NCBI RefSeq assembly: GCF_006345805.1
Contig: NC_043002.1
Coordinates: forward strand, 49,042,001 to 49,106,000
Length of the DNA stretch: 64,000 bases
DNA from: Octopus sinensis
Lineage: Eukaryota
Direction of reading: 5' to 3'
Shown here piece by piece: positions 26,229 to 38,768 of the stretch. The notes under the pieces were generated by a model. The model did not search any database and was not told the origin of the DNA. It worked only from the letters and a program-made list of their open reading frames with translations. How positions within the stretch are numbered: position 1 is the stretch's first letter; every line of letters begins with the position of its first letter. The position numbers were made by a program, and so were the translations under genes.

Positions 26229-27635
26229 CATACATATATAAGTTTTCATATACATACACACACACATATATATATATTATATATATATACACACACACAC
26301 ACATATATATACACATGCATACACACACATATATACATACATATGTATACATACATGCTTTCATATATATATATATATATTTGTGTGTGTGAATGCATGT
26401 ATGTATACACACATGTATTTATAAACACATTTATACACACTCATATACAAGCCACACACAGACAAACATACACACACAAACACACACACAAACTCACACA
26501 TACCCCCCATCTCCCATTCACATATATTGTTTAATGAGATGATAGACAGCTTCATGGTGTTCTGATGTAACCTGAACCATCTAACGCAGTCTTTGACTTT
26601 CGCTATTAGCAATTTCAATGACATATTTAGAGCAAGTCTTGTAATTGACCTCACCTTCTCTGTCACTACTCTACCGTCCATCATACAAACACAGGGTTCA
26701 AGTTTGTTGTACAAAATTGCTATCATTAAATCTGTTTAGCTATTAGGCCAAAGCATGCCTGCGTCTACATATGTGTATGTGTGCATGCGTGTGTGTGTTT
26801 GTGTGTATGTTTTCACACATATGCTTGTTTTATTGAGCGTGTGTATGTGTTTTTATATGCCTTCCTCCCCCCTTGCTTTTCAACTCTCTACAATTTCAGT
26901 GCAAGAATCACCTAAATATGCTTGTTTAATGGTTGGCATTAAGGTCATGATGACTGACTGATATAGTTTATATATGTAATTCTGCCACCAGCAGCTCAGA
27001 AAAGAAAACACACACACATACATACACACACATAAATAAAGCTAAAGACAACAACAAACATAAACGAAAATATTCATTAAACACTGCTGCTGCTGCACTC
27101 TGTCCAGTTTCTGCTGCCACTGTGATTGCTACTGCTACTGCTACTGCTGCTGCTGACGATGATTAGGATGATGGGACTGGTAACAGTTGATGAGGCTGAT
27201 AATGATGAGGGCTGATAATGATGAGGGAGTTGTAAGTTTGACAACAAAATGGAAGTGCTACTGCTCTCTGACACAGCAGTAACATCTAATATTGATTTGT
27301 AGTAGTAGTAGTAGTTGTTGTTGTTGTTTAGTACCAGTTCAAGTCTAAGTGGACAGACTTATGATGACAGGAAATCTAGCCGTGACCATCCTGTCGTTTT
27401 GCATGATGTATACTACATCGACCAATTTGTCTTTTCATTTGACTGCTGTTTCTAGCAACTTGAAGCTGTGTTTGCCTTCCATTGCTTTGACCTCTTCCTA
27501 CTCAATGTTGGATTAGCTTTGGGGGTAATTTTAAATGGATGGTCAGAGAGATGGTCTGAATGTATTACCGAAATCAACTTGAGTGGGTTCAATCTCTCAT
27601 ATACAAATGCATCTGTTTGTGTGTCTGTGTGTCTG

Positions 27636-27683
<48 letters not shown>

Positions 27684-28020
27684 ATCAGTTAACCATTCAT
27701 TCATCCATCTATCTATCTATCTTTCTCCATGGCCAGACATGTTCTTCACAGAAAGCTGGAAATGAACAATCTTGCTCATATGACAATGATGTTCATTTTA
27801 CAACCATCATGTAATTTTAGATAAGGGTAAATACACACACACACAGACATACATACATACGTACGTACATACATACATATGTGGTCTTTCGATTTCCATC
27901 CATCAAAAGGCTTTGGTAGAAGATACATGTCTAAGATACTGGATAGTGGGATTGGACCCAGGACCACATGACTGAGAAACAAGCTTCTGAGCTACACCAA
28001 CACCTATCTAGCTATTTATG

Positions 28021-28103
<83 letters not shown>

Positions 28104-28810
28104 GCAGTCAGACAGACTGACAGGTTGATAGAGTGGAAAAAAGAAAAAGGGAAAGAGCAGGATCTAATTCCAGTTCATGACTGGCACTATATTTATTGAA
28201 TTTGGAACGATGAAATGCAAAGTTAGTCTTGGTGTGATTTGAACTGAAACTGCTAAGAGCCAGTAGAAAAATCAGATGTTTTGTTGTTGTAACAATTCTG
28301 CTAATTGATTTATGTCCTGTTCTGGAAATAATTCAATCAACCACAAAATTCTTTTAAAATTAGGCTGGCATTAAACCAATGTAAGAAAGGTTATTATTAC
28401 TGGCCATTTGTTGTTGACAGACTTATATCTGTGCAGCTCTATATCTTTCCCGCTCAAACTATCCTGTTCTTTTCCTAGGCACAAGGCAAGACACTCAAAT
28501 CACATTATCCAATATATATATATACACTCTTTATATATATATATATATATATCATGTGATCACATGACCAACCAAACTATCACATGCTGTTACACATTGC
28601 TGGTCAAAATGCATGTTTCATTGTTCCAGCCTTTCAAAGACACCACCCTGCTGGCTAGATGAGTAGGCCAATATTCCCTGCTGATCGAAAGGGGGACTTG
28701 AGCAATATGAAATGTGTTTTGATTAAGAACACAATGCATTGCCTATCTAGGAATCAAACCCATGATCTAGCAATCATGACGGCAACAGCCTAATCACTAG
28801 ACTCTGCACC

Positions 28811-28867
<57 letters not shown>

Positions 28868-30211
28868 TAAAAACATAAAGGAGTAGGGATTTTAGATATG
28901 AGTAAGTACCTTGTTCACACTCTGTTATGGTCCAGAGCTGGCTAACCACATTGAATGATAAGGAATATTCAGAGTTGTTTAGGATAAACATTTAAATGTA
29001 TTTGATTTCCTGAATAAATTGCACTTCATATTTGAAGCTCTGATGAAACTGCAAAGTATTACTCAGGCACTCAACTATGCATCTACCACATCTTATAGTG
29101 GAAACAGCTGTAAGCTAATGAAGTTCATAATATAATTATTTATTCATTTGTCATCTCTTTTCTTATTACCACTCTGTACTCGACTAACTCTTCATTCAGA
29201 GGCATACATATACTGAGTTGTACATCAGGTTATTAGTATCACAATGTCTAATCAAAATATGTATGTGTGTGTTTCTGAGCAAGTGTGTGTATATTTGTGT
29301 CTCCCTATCTTGGATTTGCAGGATTGTTGTAAATGTATGTGTGTCATTCATTTCCAGTATTCCATGAAAACATGTCTAACCATGGGGGAACTATTACCTT
29401 GTTTAAAAATTGGAAAAGTTTGGTAACAGGAAGGCCATCCAGTCATAGAAGATCTAACTCAATAAGCACCCTTTGCCACATGCAAGCATGGAAAGTGGAC
29501 TTTAAAATGATGATAATGATGTTGTCGATAGGTTTAGTGATTATGCTGAGGCACCTCATTCCATTTGCAGTGATGATTTGGTAAAAGTCCCTGAGCTGTG
29601 ACTCTCAACCTCTTTTTGACTTTGAGGTGCACTGGGGTCGAAATTAAAAAAAAGACATTTGTAACACCGGAGAATAAATAACTTATTAATGGCACACTTC
29701 ATATAGGAAATTTAAAAGGAAAGCAAAAGAAAATCTGTGACTTAAAGTTAAAAAATTCAGAAAAAATATAGAAAACTGCTGCTTATCTTGTCAGCAGTGT
29801 AGCATTGGTAGGGCAACATGTGTGGTTGCTCTGGGCACAAAATTCCAAAAATGAAAAAAAAAGAAAGAACTGATAAAGTAGATATAAAATTGCATGCATT
29901 CCTCACAATATTTGCCTTGCACCAGGTGCTGGCAGCTCATGCTATGCCACCGTATCATATACTTGTTCATTCATTGGTTTTACATTGGTTTCTTCATGTT
30001 AGCATGGGTTAGCTCAGAACATACATGGTGGGCCAAAATTCACTCATATGTATGAGGATTTAATTCACAGGTGATCTAAATGATGATGGAATATCCCATA
30101 CTCTGGGGTATCCCAGAAGCACCTATAAGACTTAGAATTTTTTTCCCAATAATAATAATGTATATGATTTGAGATGGCTGGTATGCCTTAACGTTTGTTG
30201 TCCTCTTTAAC

Positions 30212-30256
<45 letters not shown>

Positions 30257-30360
30257 CATATATACATACATATACATGTATATATAAATATATATACATA
30301 TATTCATATGTATGTACATACATATGTACATATAGTTATTTACATATATGTACATACATA

Positions 30361-31253
30361 TACAAGTTGCAATGAACAAACTCTTGACTAAATTGCACAA
30401 AAATGAAAATAACGCTGACATCTCATTTTAACAGATATATTTACCAAAATTACATAAAATATCTCGAAATACTAAAGAGTAAATTTATTCAATAAAATCG
30501 CCATTGGCTTCAGTCATGGCTTCCAGACGAATTTGCAATCTCCTGCAAATCTTCTGGATGGTCTCCTTGTTTAAATTGGTGAATGCTGCGATAATCTTTG
30601 CCTTCAGTTCATCTTTGCTGTTACAAGGAGTTTTGTTGGTGTCTTGTTCAACTGTGCCCCACACATAATAATGAAGAGGGTTGCAGTCTGTGGAGTTAGA
30701 TGGCCAGATGTTAGGGATGATGTGGTGACAGAAATCGTCTGACAGCCATGACTAGATTCTCCTGCTTGTGTAGCATGGTGTAGAGTCTTGTTGCCAAACA
30801 TAGTGTCTTCCAGCAGCTGCCCTCTTGACCCAGGCAACACTACTTCCTCCAGGCACTTGATGTAGGTCTCTGTGTTGAGTCTGAGGCCATGTGAAGAGAT
30901 GAATGGAGGTACAACATGGCTGTCACTAGTGATCACTTCAAACACCATGACGTTGACTGGATGTTTGATTTTTATCACTCTTAGTACATGTCCTTAGATT
31001 GCACTACCCTGAGATTGATATCTAAAACTCTGAAATGTTTGTATTGGATCTTCTGGCATCAATGCCAAGCAGTACAGCATGTCATTTCCAAATTTGTGGC
31101 AGAGTGAATTCTGTCATGGTGCTGTTTTTCTCACAGACAGTGCCCAGCTGCTCCTACTATGCTGTGTAGTTGACAAATTCAAAAACAAACTATGTACATG
31201 TGCAAAATTAAAAATATAAAATAGCAACAATTTACCTATTGCACCTTAGGATT
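30361..31253 (-). mobile_element. Second copy of the internally deleted Tc1/mariner element
   Basis: Reverse complement colinear with 9443-10172; ORF 30604-30978 encodes IKHPVNVMVFEVITSDSHVVPPFI; retains a C-terminal transposase segment missing from copy 1. Confidence 0.85.
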
Positions 31254-32379
31254 TTACATTTAGATATAACTGGGGTACTTATGTGTACACATGACTCTTG
31301 CTTTTGCTTTTTTCCATGGGTGTGTGTAAGTATTTCATTTATTTCTTATTGTATTTTCTAAAGATTAATCCTGAAATTGATTCAATATAGAAATAACGAA
31401 CTTTTAAAAAAATTCTGTTAGCTTGCTTTCCTCGATTTCAGCATGAAGTGTATCTATAGTGAATGTATATTATAAATGTTGAAATTGATGATTTAAAGTC
31501 TGTTCTCAGTATATTAGCATTGAAATAATTTTTCTATTGCCTTTGTTTATAAGTTGTATATATAAATATATATATGTAATATATGTTTTGTATCTATGTG
31601 TGTCTCTGTTCATGTTTGTCCCCCCCCCCACTTGACAATTGGTGTTGGATTTTGTTTTGTATCCTTGTAACTTAATGGTCCAGGAAAAGAATCACATAGA
31701 ACAGGTACCAGGCTTAAAAATTAAGTACTGCATCAATTTGTTCAGCTAAAATCTTTCAAGGTAGTCCAGTGATTGAAAAAGGTTAAAGATAAAAGATATA
31801 TGATTAATCAATCTTGCCACAAGCTAATGTACTAGAAATAGAAATAACAGTTAATTCTCCCTCAAATCATAACCTACTGTATTGGAAAAGGAAGGACACA
31901 ATGGACAGACTGTATATAAATAATGTATCTAAGTAATACCTTTGGATGTACAGACAAAGAGGATGGATTTGGTTGGTCACTCCATCTCCTAGAAACAGCA
32001 GCTAAATTTTCCTTAAATCACCCCATGTTTACTGTCTTAAAATTTGATTGGACTGTCATGGCTGGAACATTGTTGATCATTTGTTACAGAGCTAACCAAT
32101 AGAACAGCAATGACAACAATAACAATAAGAATATTGCCATTAGTATTGTGAAATAAAAAAAAATTAAAAACTCATTAAAGAATGTTGTTATTGATGATGA
32201 CAATGATGATGATGATGATGAGGAGGAGGAGGAATAGGATGGGGGAAAAGGAAAAGAGGAGGTGTAGGTGGAGGAATGAGAATGAGAAAGGAGGAGCAAG
32301 GTGATATAGCTCAGCTTGACAACAAAATGAGTATGGTTATAGAAGTTGGATGTCTTTTTTTCCTTGTTTATGACATTTA

Positions 32380-33050
32380 TTTAGGTTGTTATTATCTTCT
32401 TATTTCTTCTCTTACTCATCCACTCTCTCTCTGTTTTTCTATCTCTCTTGTACTTTCTCTCTTTTCACTCCATAGTCCTTCCTCTTACTCTTGCTCTCTC
32501 TCTCTCTCTCATTCAACTTCTGTCACATTTGTCTCTCAATTTCTCAGTCTACATATCTTTCACAATTTCTCTCAATCTCTTCTCCTCACTATCTCTCTCA
32601 TCCTCTTCACATACTCTTCTGTCTTCTTTCCTTCAAACAATTCTCTCTCTCTCTCTCTTCCTTTTTCTCTTTATTTGTCTTTCTCTCATTATCTATATGT
32701 TCATCTGTAATTTCTCTTCCTCTCTTATCCCCAGCCTATTTTTCCTTTTAATTTCTACCTCTTATTTCCCCCAACTCTCTCTCCTTTTTTCTTCTTTGCA
32801 GTCTCTATATTTTTCATCTATCTTTCCTGCCCTTCCTTCCTCTCATTCCACTCTGCAGTCCTCTAAATGTCTCATTTTCTTTATGTCATGGTTGTCTCTC
32901 AATTTCTCTATCTTTGTATCTTACCTTTCCTATTTTCCCTAAATCAATCCTGACTCCCACGTCGCTCTCTCTCTCCCTTCATCTCTCTTTCTCTCTCTGC
33001 CCCTCTCTTTCCATACCTCCATGTCTTCTTACTTTCCTTTCACACATAGT
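32380..33050. repeat. CT-rich low-complexity (polypyrimidine) tract
   Basis: Directly visible; source of ORFs 32276-32942. Confidence 0.85.
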
Positions 33051-33989
33051 TAGCTTGATTAATTAGCATCCTCAAAGTATGGACATTTTACAGACCGATG
33101 CCTTATCATCAAAGCAACATCATATGATGTAAAGCCAATGATAAATGTGATGTTTCTCCATCATTGCTGAAGATGACCAACACTTAGGATTGGCTTGTGT
33201 GTCTAGTATGGTCTGTTAGATTGAGAGGTGGCTGATGAGGTTTATCTAAACCAGGAATTCTTTCCTACATATAAGGTATTACTTTAGGTCTGCAAAGTGA
33301 ATGCTGCTGCTGCTGCTGTCTCATCATCTTTTTCTTCTCCTCCCCTCCTGCTCTTCCTCCATTTTCTCCTCTTTCTCTTCTTCCTCTTACTTACCTCCTC
33401 CTCCTCTTTAGCAGCAGCAGAAGCAGTTCTTTTGCTTTCGGCTATTAGGGTTCCAGCATGAATTAGACTGTACATGTGGTTTTGGTTTGAGGAAAGCAGC
33501 TACCAGGTGCCAAGCACCATGTTCAGGTCTTTTAAAGATGCTTTTACTCACTCCTTAAACTTCTTTTGCCTACCAACAACATGTTTTCTGCAAAAGAATT
33601 TTTCATACATAGAAGAGCTGCTTTGCAATGAATTTGCAATTATTTACTTCCCAAAGCAGATGAATAAGATAAAATGGTATCAAAATATAATTTCAGCTGG
33701 TGAATTTGAAAGTGGCTGACATAGTAGAATCATGTGTTTGGTCTTCTAGTTTCTGAGTTCAAATCCTGCCTTGGGCAACTCAACTTTAAATTATATTTAC
33801 TAGATTTAATAAATATATATTATAGTACAAAATATTTTATTTGTATTTGTTGTTTTGCACCTAGGTTAATCTGGATCAAGCAGACCTATGACCAAAGGTT
33901 TGCTAGCCATGGCCTTATGTGTGTATGTGAGTGTGTGTGTGCATGTTTATCTTATACAGAAACTCAGTACAAGGCAAGTGTCTTGTATT

Positions 33990-34298
33990 ATAGTCAAGGG
34001 TCCACCAAAGCTTTGTGGGTGGATTTGAACACTGAAAGAAGCCAGTCATGTATATATGTGCAGGCGTGGCTGTGTGGTAACAAGCTTGCCTGGTTCAGTC
34101 TCACAGTATGGTGTCTTGAGCAATTGTCTTCTACTATAGCCTCAGGCGAACCAAAGCCTTGTGAGTGGATTTGGTAGATGGAAACTGAAAGAAGTTTGTT
34201 GTGTATATCATCATCATCATCGTTTAACATATGTTTTCCATGCTAGCATGGGTTGGACTTAAAATATATATATATATGTATATATTTGTGTGTGTGTG

Positions 34299-34359
<61 letters not shown>

Positions 34360-34590
34360 TGTGTGTGTGTGTGTGTGTGTCTGTGTTTGTCCTTCCGACA
34401 ATGCTTGACAACTGATGTTGGTGTGTTTACGTCTTTGTAAGTTAGCGGTTCGGCAAAAAGAGACCAATAGAATAAGTACTAGGCTTACAAAAATAAGTCC
34501 TGAGGTTGATTTGTTTGACTAAAGGTGGTGCTGCAGCATAGCCACAGTCAGATGACTGAATCAAGTAAGAGAATAAAAGAATAAAATACA
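33990..34590 (+). mobile_element. SINE family A interrupted by an RTE-tail fragment and (TG)n
   Basis: 5' half ~34058-34200, catcatcatcgtttaac insert ~34208-34258, 3' half ~34380-34585. Confidence 0.7.
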
Positions 34591-34725
34591 CACACACGCA
34601 CACATAAATACACACACATGCATATATACATAGATATATACATATGGTGTTAGACTTTCTACAACAGGGTGCCCTTCTTTTATTTTCTCTCTCTTTATTT
34701 TCTCTCCCTGTTTCTTTCTGTGTTC

Positions 34726-34762
34726 CTTTCTTTGGAAGAGTGTAGGCTCAAATGTTAAAGAC
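34726..34762 (+). ncRNA. Decayed copy of the CUGUNGA hammerhead-variant family
   Basis: ctttctttggaagagtgtaggctcaaatgttaaagac aligns to 56229-56267 (minus) and shares the downstream actaatacat flank; core degraded. Confidence 0.35.
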
Positions 34763-34878
34763 TTTTCCACTTCCCGAGTGTTAAACTAATACATCTGTTT
34801 GTTGTCTGCACCACATGTCTTTGTCTTTTGTTTTTTTTCTGAATTCTCCTATATATATAGAGAGAGAGAGATAGATAG

Positions 34879-34915
<37 letters not shown>

Positions 34916-35163
34916 CACACACACACACACATATACTTATATAAATACATACATACATATATATATCTATAATAATTACAAAGGGTAAAACTAATTAATT
35001 AAGAAGTAATCAATAATTTCACCAAGTAGAATTCAGCATGAAAAAGGACCATTTCATGGTAAACTTAAGTAATACTTAATAATTAGGGTTCAGCAAAGAT
35101 TTGCTTTACCACATACCGAAGTTTAGAAATAGCAGCCAAAAAGCCTTAGATATTTCTTCTACT

Positions 35164-35246
35164 TTCATGCTGATGAAGAAAATGGTTGGTAAAGTATAAT
35201 TCTATATTCTTTATACTGATCTAATTCTGAAACGCACGTACATGGG
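35164..35246 (+). ncRNA. Type I hammerhead ribozyme motif, copy 1 (GUA site, predicted cut after 35240)
   Basis: TTCATG CTGATGA AGAA...TTCT GAAA CGCACG TA CATGGG; extended stem II (ggttgg/ctgatc, taaag/cttta, tata/tata). Confidence 0.8.
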
Positions 35247-35755
35247 TGACCAGATATTGATTGATTTTTGTTACTTTTCCTCTCTGCCTGTGTGGATTGT
35301 TTTCAAGTATTTTGGTTTTTCTAGGAGTCCCTTTTTAAAGTAGAAGAAATAGCTAAGGCATTTTGGCTGCTATTTCTAAACTTCGGTATGTGGTAAAGCA
35401 AATCTTCGCTGAACCCTAATTATTAAGTATTACTTAAGTTTACCGTGAAATGGTCCTTTTTCATGCCGAATTCTACTTGGTGAAATTATTGATTACTTCT
35501 TAATTAATTAGTTTTACCCTTTGTTATCATTGATAATAGAATTTTCTCCCTGATAACAAACTACAGATTTTTCTGTAGAATTTTATTTGACGGCACATGC
35601 AGATGGGCAGGGGAAGGTGACGAACCTCATTCATATTTTGAATTCGGCGGTACTAACACTGAATACAATCTGTCTGATACCATTAGGTGGAGAGATATGT
35701 TCAATTATTCCAGTACCTTCAAATTTAATATTTCAATATTTAATATTGTTGGAGT

Positions 35756-35838
35756 CCCATGCTGATGAAGAAAATGGTTGGTAAAGTATAATTCTATATT
35801 CTTTATACCGATCTAATTCCGAAACGCGCGTACATGGG
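35756..35838 (+). ncRNA. Type I hammerhead ribozyme motif, copy 2 (GUA site, predicted cut after 35832)
   Basis: CCCATG CTGATGA AGAA...TTCC GAAA CGCGCG TA CATGGG: perfect 6-bp stem I, intact core, palindromic stem III ACGCGCGT. Confidence 0.85.
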
Positions 35839-37427
35839 TGACCAGATATTGATTGATTTTTGTTACTTTTCCTCTCTGCCTGTGTGGATTGTTTTCAAGT
35901 ATTTTGGTTTTTCTGGGAGTCCCCTTTTAAAGTAGAAGAAATAGCTAAGGCTTTTTGGCTGCTATTTCTAAACTTCAGTATGTGGTAAAGCAAATCTTTG
36001 CTGAACCCTAATTATTAAGTATATATATAGACACACGCATACATACATGCACGCACATATGTTGTGTGTGTGTATCTTTGTACCTCTTCATCTTGATATC
36101 ATGTGATAGTTGTAAATGAGTGTCGTTAATTTCTAATCATCTGTGAAAACCTATCTGATCATCTGGAAATATTATTTCATTTGGAAACTAGTGAGGATTG
36201 GCAACAGGAAGGGCACTCAGTTGTAGAAAGTCTAACACCACAAGTTCTGTCTAAGTCACAAAAGCATGGAAAAGCAGATATTAAAACATGGATGATGATG
36301 ATGATGAGATGATGATGATGATGATGATGATGGCATTCATTCTTGTACATCTCTATATAATCCTTTTAATGAAGACAAATTCAATAATTTACGGGAAATT
36401 AAAAACAAATGTGCCCCTTCAGTTTTCATATGAGAGCTTAATGGATTTGAGTTCCATCATTAGAAGCCTTTAGAAAAAGTAAAGAGACGGTAAAAAGTTT
36501 CATAATAGATTCTGATATCCTTCTTTATTGCCATGATCCAATATGTCAAAACCAGAACCCTCTTTGTTAAATGTACTTTAGTTAGCAGCCAGTGACCTGG
36601 CAGCATTTGTGTCACTTGGTTGTAATTGAGTCTTTATAAAGACATACCACCTTTGACATGGATTTATTCTTCATGACAGAAGTGTTAGATGCCTGCCCGA
36701 GCCTCTTACTACAGTTACATTATTTAAAGGAAAGACTAGCAATTAATCCACTTGCCTTGCTACTTCCAGATGAATAAAAACATCATTGATTTGTGTCAAT
36801 CTTTATTTGTTAGTTTAACATTTCCAGGTATGAAACGTAATGTATTTCCCTAAGAATAGAGACATTGTCATTCACCGTTATTTTTGAAGGACCATCTCTC
36901 TGGTAGGAGATGGTCACTGTCAACAAATCTAATATTCTCTTCTTTACAAACATCTTTTATAATATACTGTGATGAAAAGAAATCATTTCAGCAATGGGTT
37001 CAAAATTATTGAGAAAATGATTTGAACCAATGTATTCTATCCATTTCATTCTATAGTTTTGGCATTTCAAATATGAACTGCAGAAACATGAGAAAATTAA
37101 AGGAATAGGAAATATACAGTTTTCAGAATAGTTATTAGCAATAGTTTATATTTAGACTAAATTTCTAGATGATAATTAAAATATAGCCAAAATTTTTGTG
37201 AAGCAGTTATTGCTTTAATTATCATCTCACCAAGTTACCATTTTGCTACACAGTGAGAATAAAATAGCTTTAGCCAAAGAAATCATTCACTAATGCATTT
37301 TATTTGTTTAAGTAAAACGATTTCATTTCATTTTAACTAAGCTTTTACACAATACTAGTTCACATAGCTTTTATGATAGAATCTGTGAGAAGTCTGTTCT
37401 AAATATACATGTGCATGTGTATATGTA

Positions 37428-37464
<37 letters not shown>

Positions 37465-37858
37465 ATGTCTATTACCTTGCCATCCAAGGTAGTGTTGCAG
37501 CCTGGCTGCTGCCCATTGATGGAAAAAAAGTAAGAGTAAAAGTGGATTGGTTCTTTTTTTTATCAAAATATTCCTTGTTAGTATTTTAGTCATCTTTAAG
37601 GTAGTGAGTTAGCAGAATCATTACATGTCAGGCAAAATGCTTAGCAACATTTCATGTCTTTACTTGTTCTGAATTATAATTCTACTGTACTTGACTTTCC
37701 AGTAGAGTTAAATAGAAATCAAGAGGATCCATAGGGAAAAAATGGTTGAGAATCACTGATCTCAACAAACAGTAAAAACTTCCATGAATGCAAACGTTTT
37801 ACAGGAAACTTTTTCATTCAAGCCTTTTCTCTCAGTTCTAAGATGCCACCATAATCTG

Positions 37859-38084
37859 TTAACTCTTGTCTTACCATAGTTTTACTGAAATACACTGCCT
37901 TTGTTTCAGTTAATTTTGAAATAATGAAGAACTTAGCAAAATAATTATCAATTTTAAGCTGGTGTTTTAAACATAAATCAACATGAAATTTCGATGGTAA
38001 GGTTTAATTTAGATCACTTTAAAATTGAACGTATGTGTTACAGAACCAGGAGTTGCCTCAGGTGAGTCAGTAGCAAAAGGGTTA
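37859..38084 (+). mobile_element. piggyBac-like MITE
   Basis: gttaactctt...agcaaaagggttaa ends; second copy at 5018-5247. Confidence 0.55.
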
Positions 38085-38191
38085 AGTGAGATATACATCT
38101 AGTTCATTGTATTTATTTGGCCATTGTATTCACAACAGATAACAGTGATTACCATCACGCATTAGTGAACCCACTATTTATGATGTTAAAT

Positions 38192-38768
38192 CAGTGGTTC
38201 TCAACCAGGGTCCATATGGCCCCAGAGGACCCATATAAGATTTTTTTTTGGTCTATGCAATGAAATTTGAGGGTTCTTTCCATTTGTGGAGAGAACCATC
38301 AAATGTGACACAACAAGCACTTGACTGGAATCCACAGAGGAAAAGTAAGTGGGGACACCTGAAGCAGACATGGAAGTGGAGCATTTTGGATGAACTCAGG
38401 ACCACTGGCCTGACATAGGATGCAGCCAAGAAACACACCAATACTGCAAAAAGTGGAAAACAACTGTTGAGGCCCTATGCTCCACAAGGGGCAAAAAGGA
38501 TTAAGGGATGCAATGAAATAGTAAAATTGACTGCTATAGTGTTTTAAGAGACCCTGAAAAGATTTTGCTTTAGATGTATGTATTGCTATGTATTGCAAGA
38601 AACAACCACCTTTCTTTCTCTACCATTTCACATAGTTCAGCCTACACAAGTTAATATGTGAAAAACAAAATAGGAATTTTGAAAGAAGTTTCTATCAAAC
38701 TAGTTTATAAATATTCAGTGACTACAATAGTAAATGGGCCCATAAAGAAAAAATGGTTGAGAACTTCT
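38192..38768. mobile_element. hAT-like MITE with nested RTE fragment
   Basis: Ends cagtggttctcaacc / ggttgagaacttctc; a solo end of the same family is at ~37722-37760. Confidence 0.6.
38271..38510 (+). mobile_element. RTE-LINE 3' coding end
   Basis: Translation NVTQQALDWNPQRKSKWGHLKQTWK-SILDEL (cf. RTE ALDWNPQGKR-RGRPK-TW). Confidence 0.8.

Larger units (their letters stand above)
34978..36022 (+). mobile_element. Retrozyme/PLE pseudo-LTR-like element: 592-bp tandem unit with two hammerheads plus 188-bp inverted arm
   Basis: Direct repeat 35166-35430 and 35758-36022; inverted repeat 34978-35165 vs 35337-35524; flanked by TA/CA microsatellites; no ORF. Confidence 0.8.

Noticed and set aside
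33226-33270. CTGATGA GGTTT atct AAACC, hammerhead-like start
   Set aside because: Followed by AGGAA rather than GAAA, with no stem I or III pairing and no second copy.
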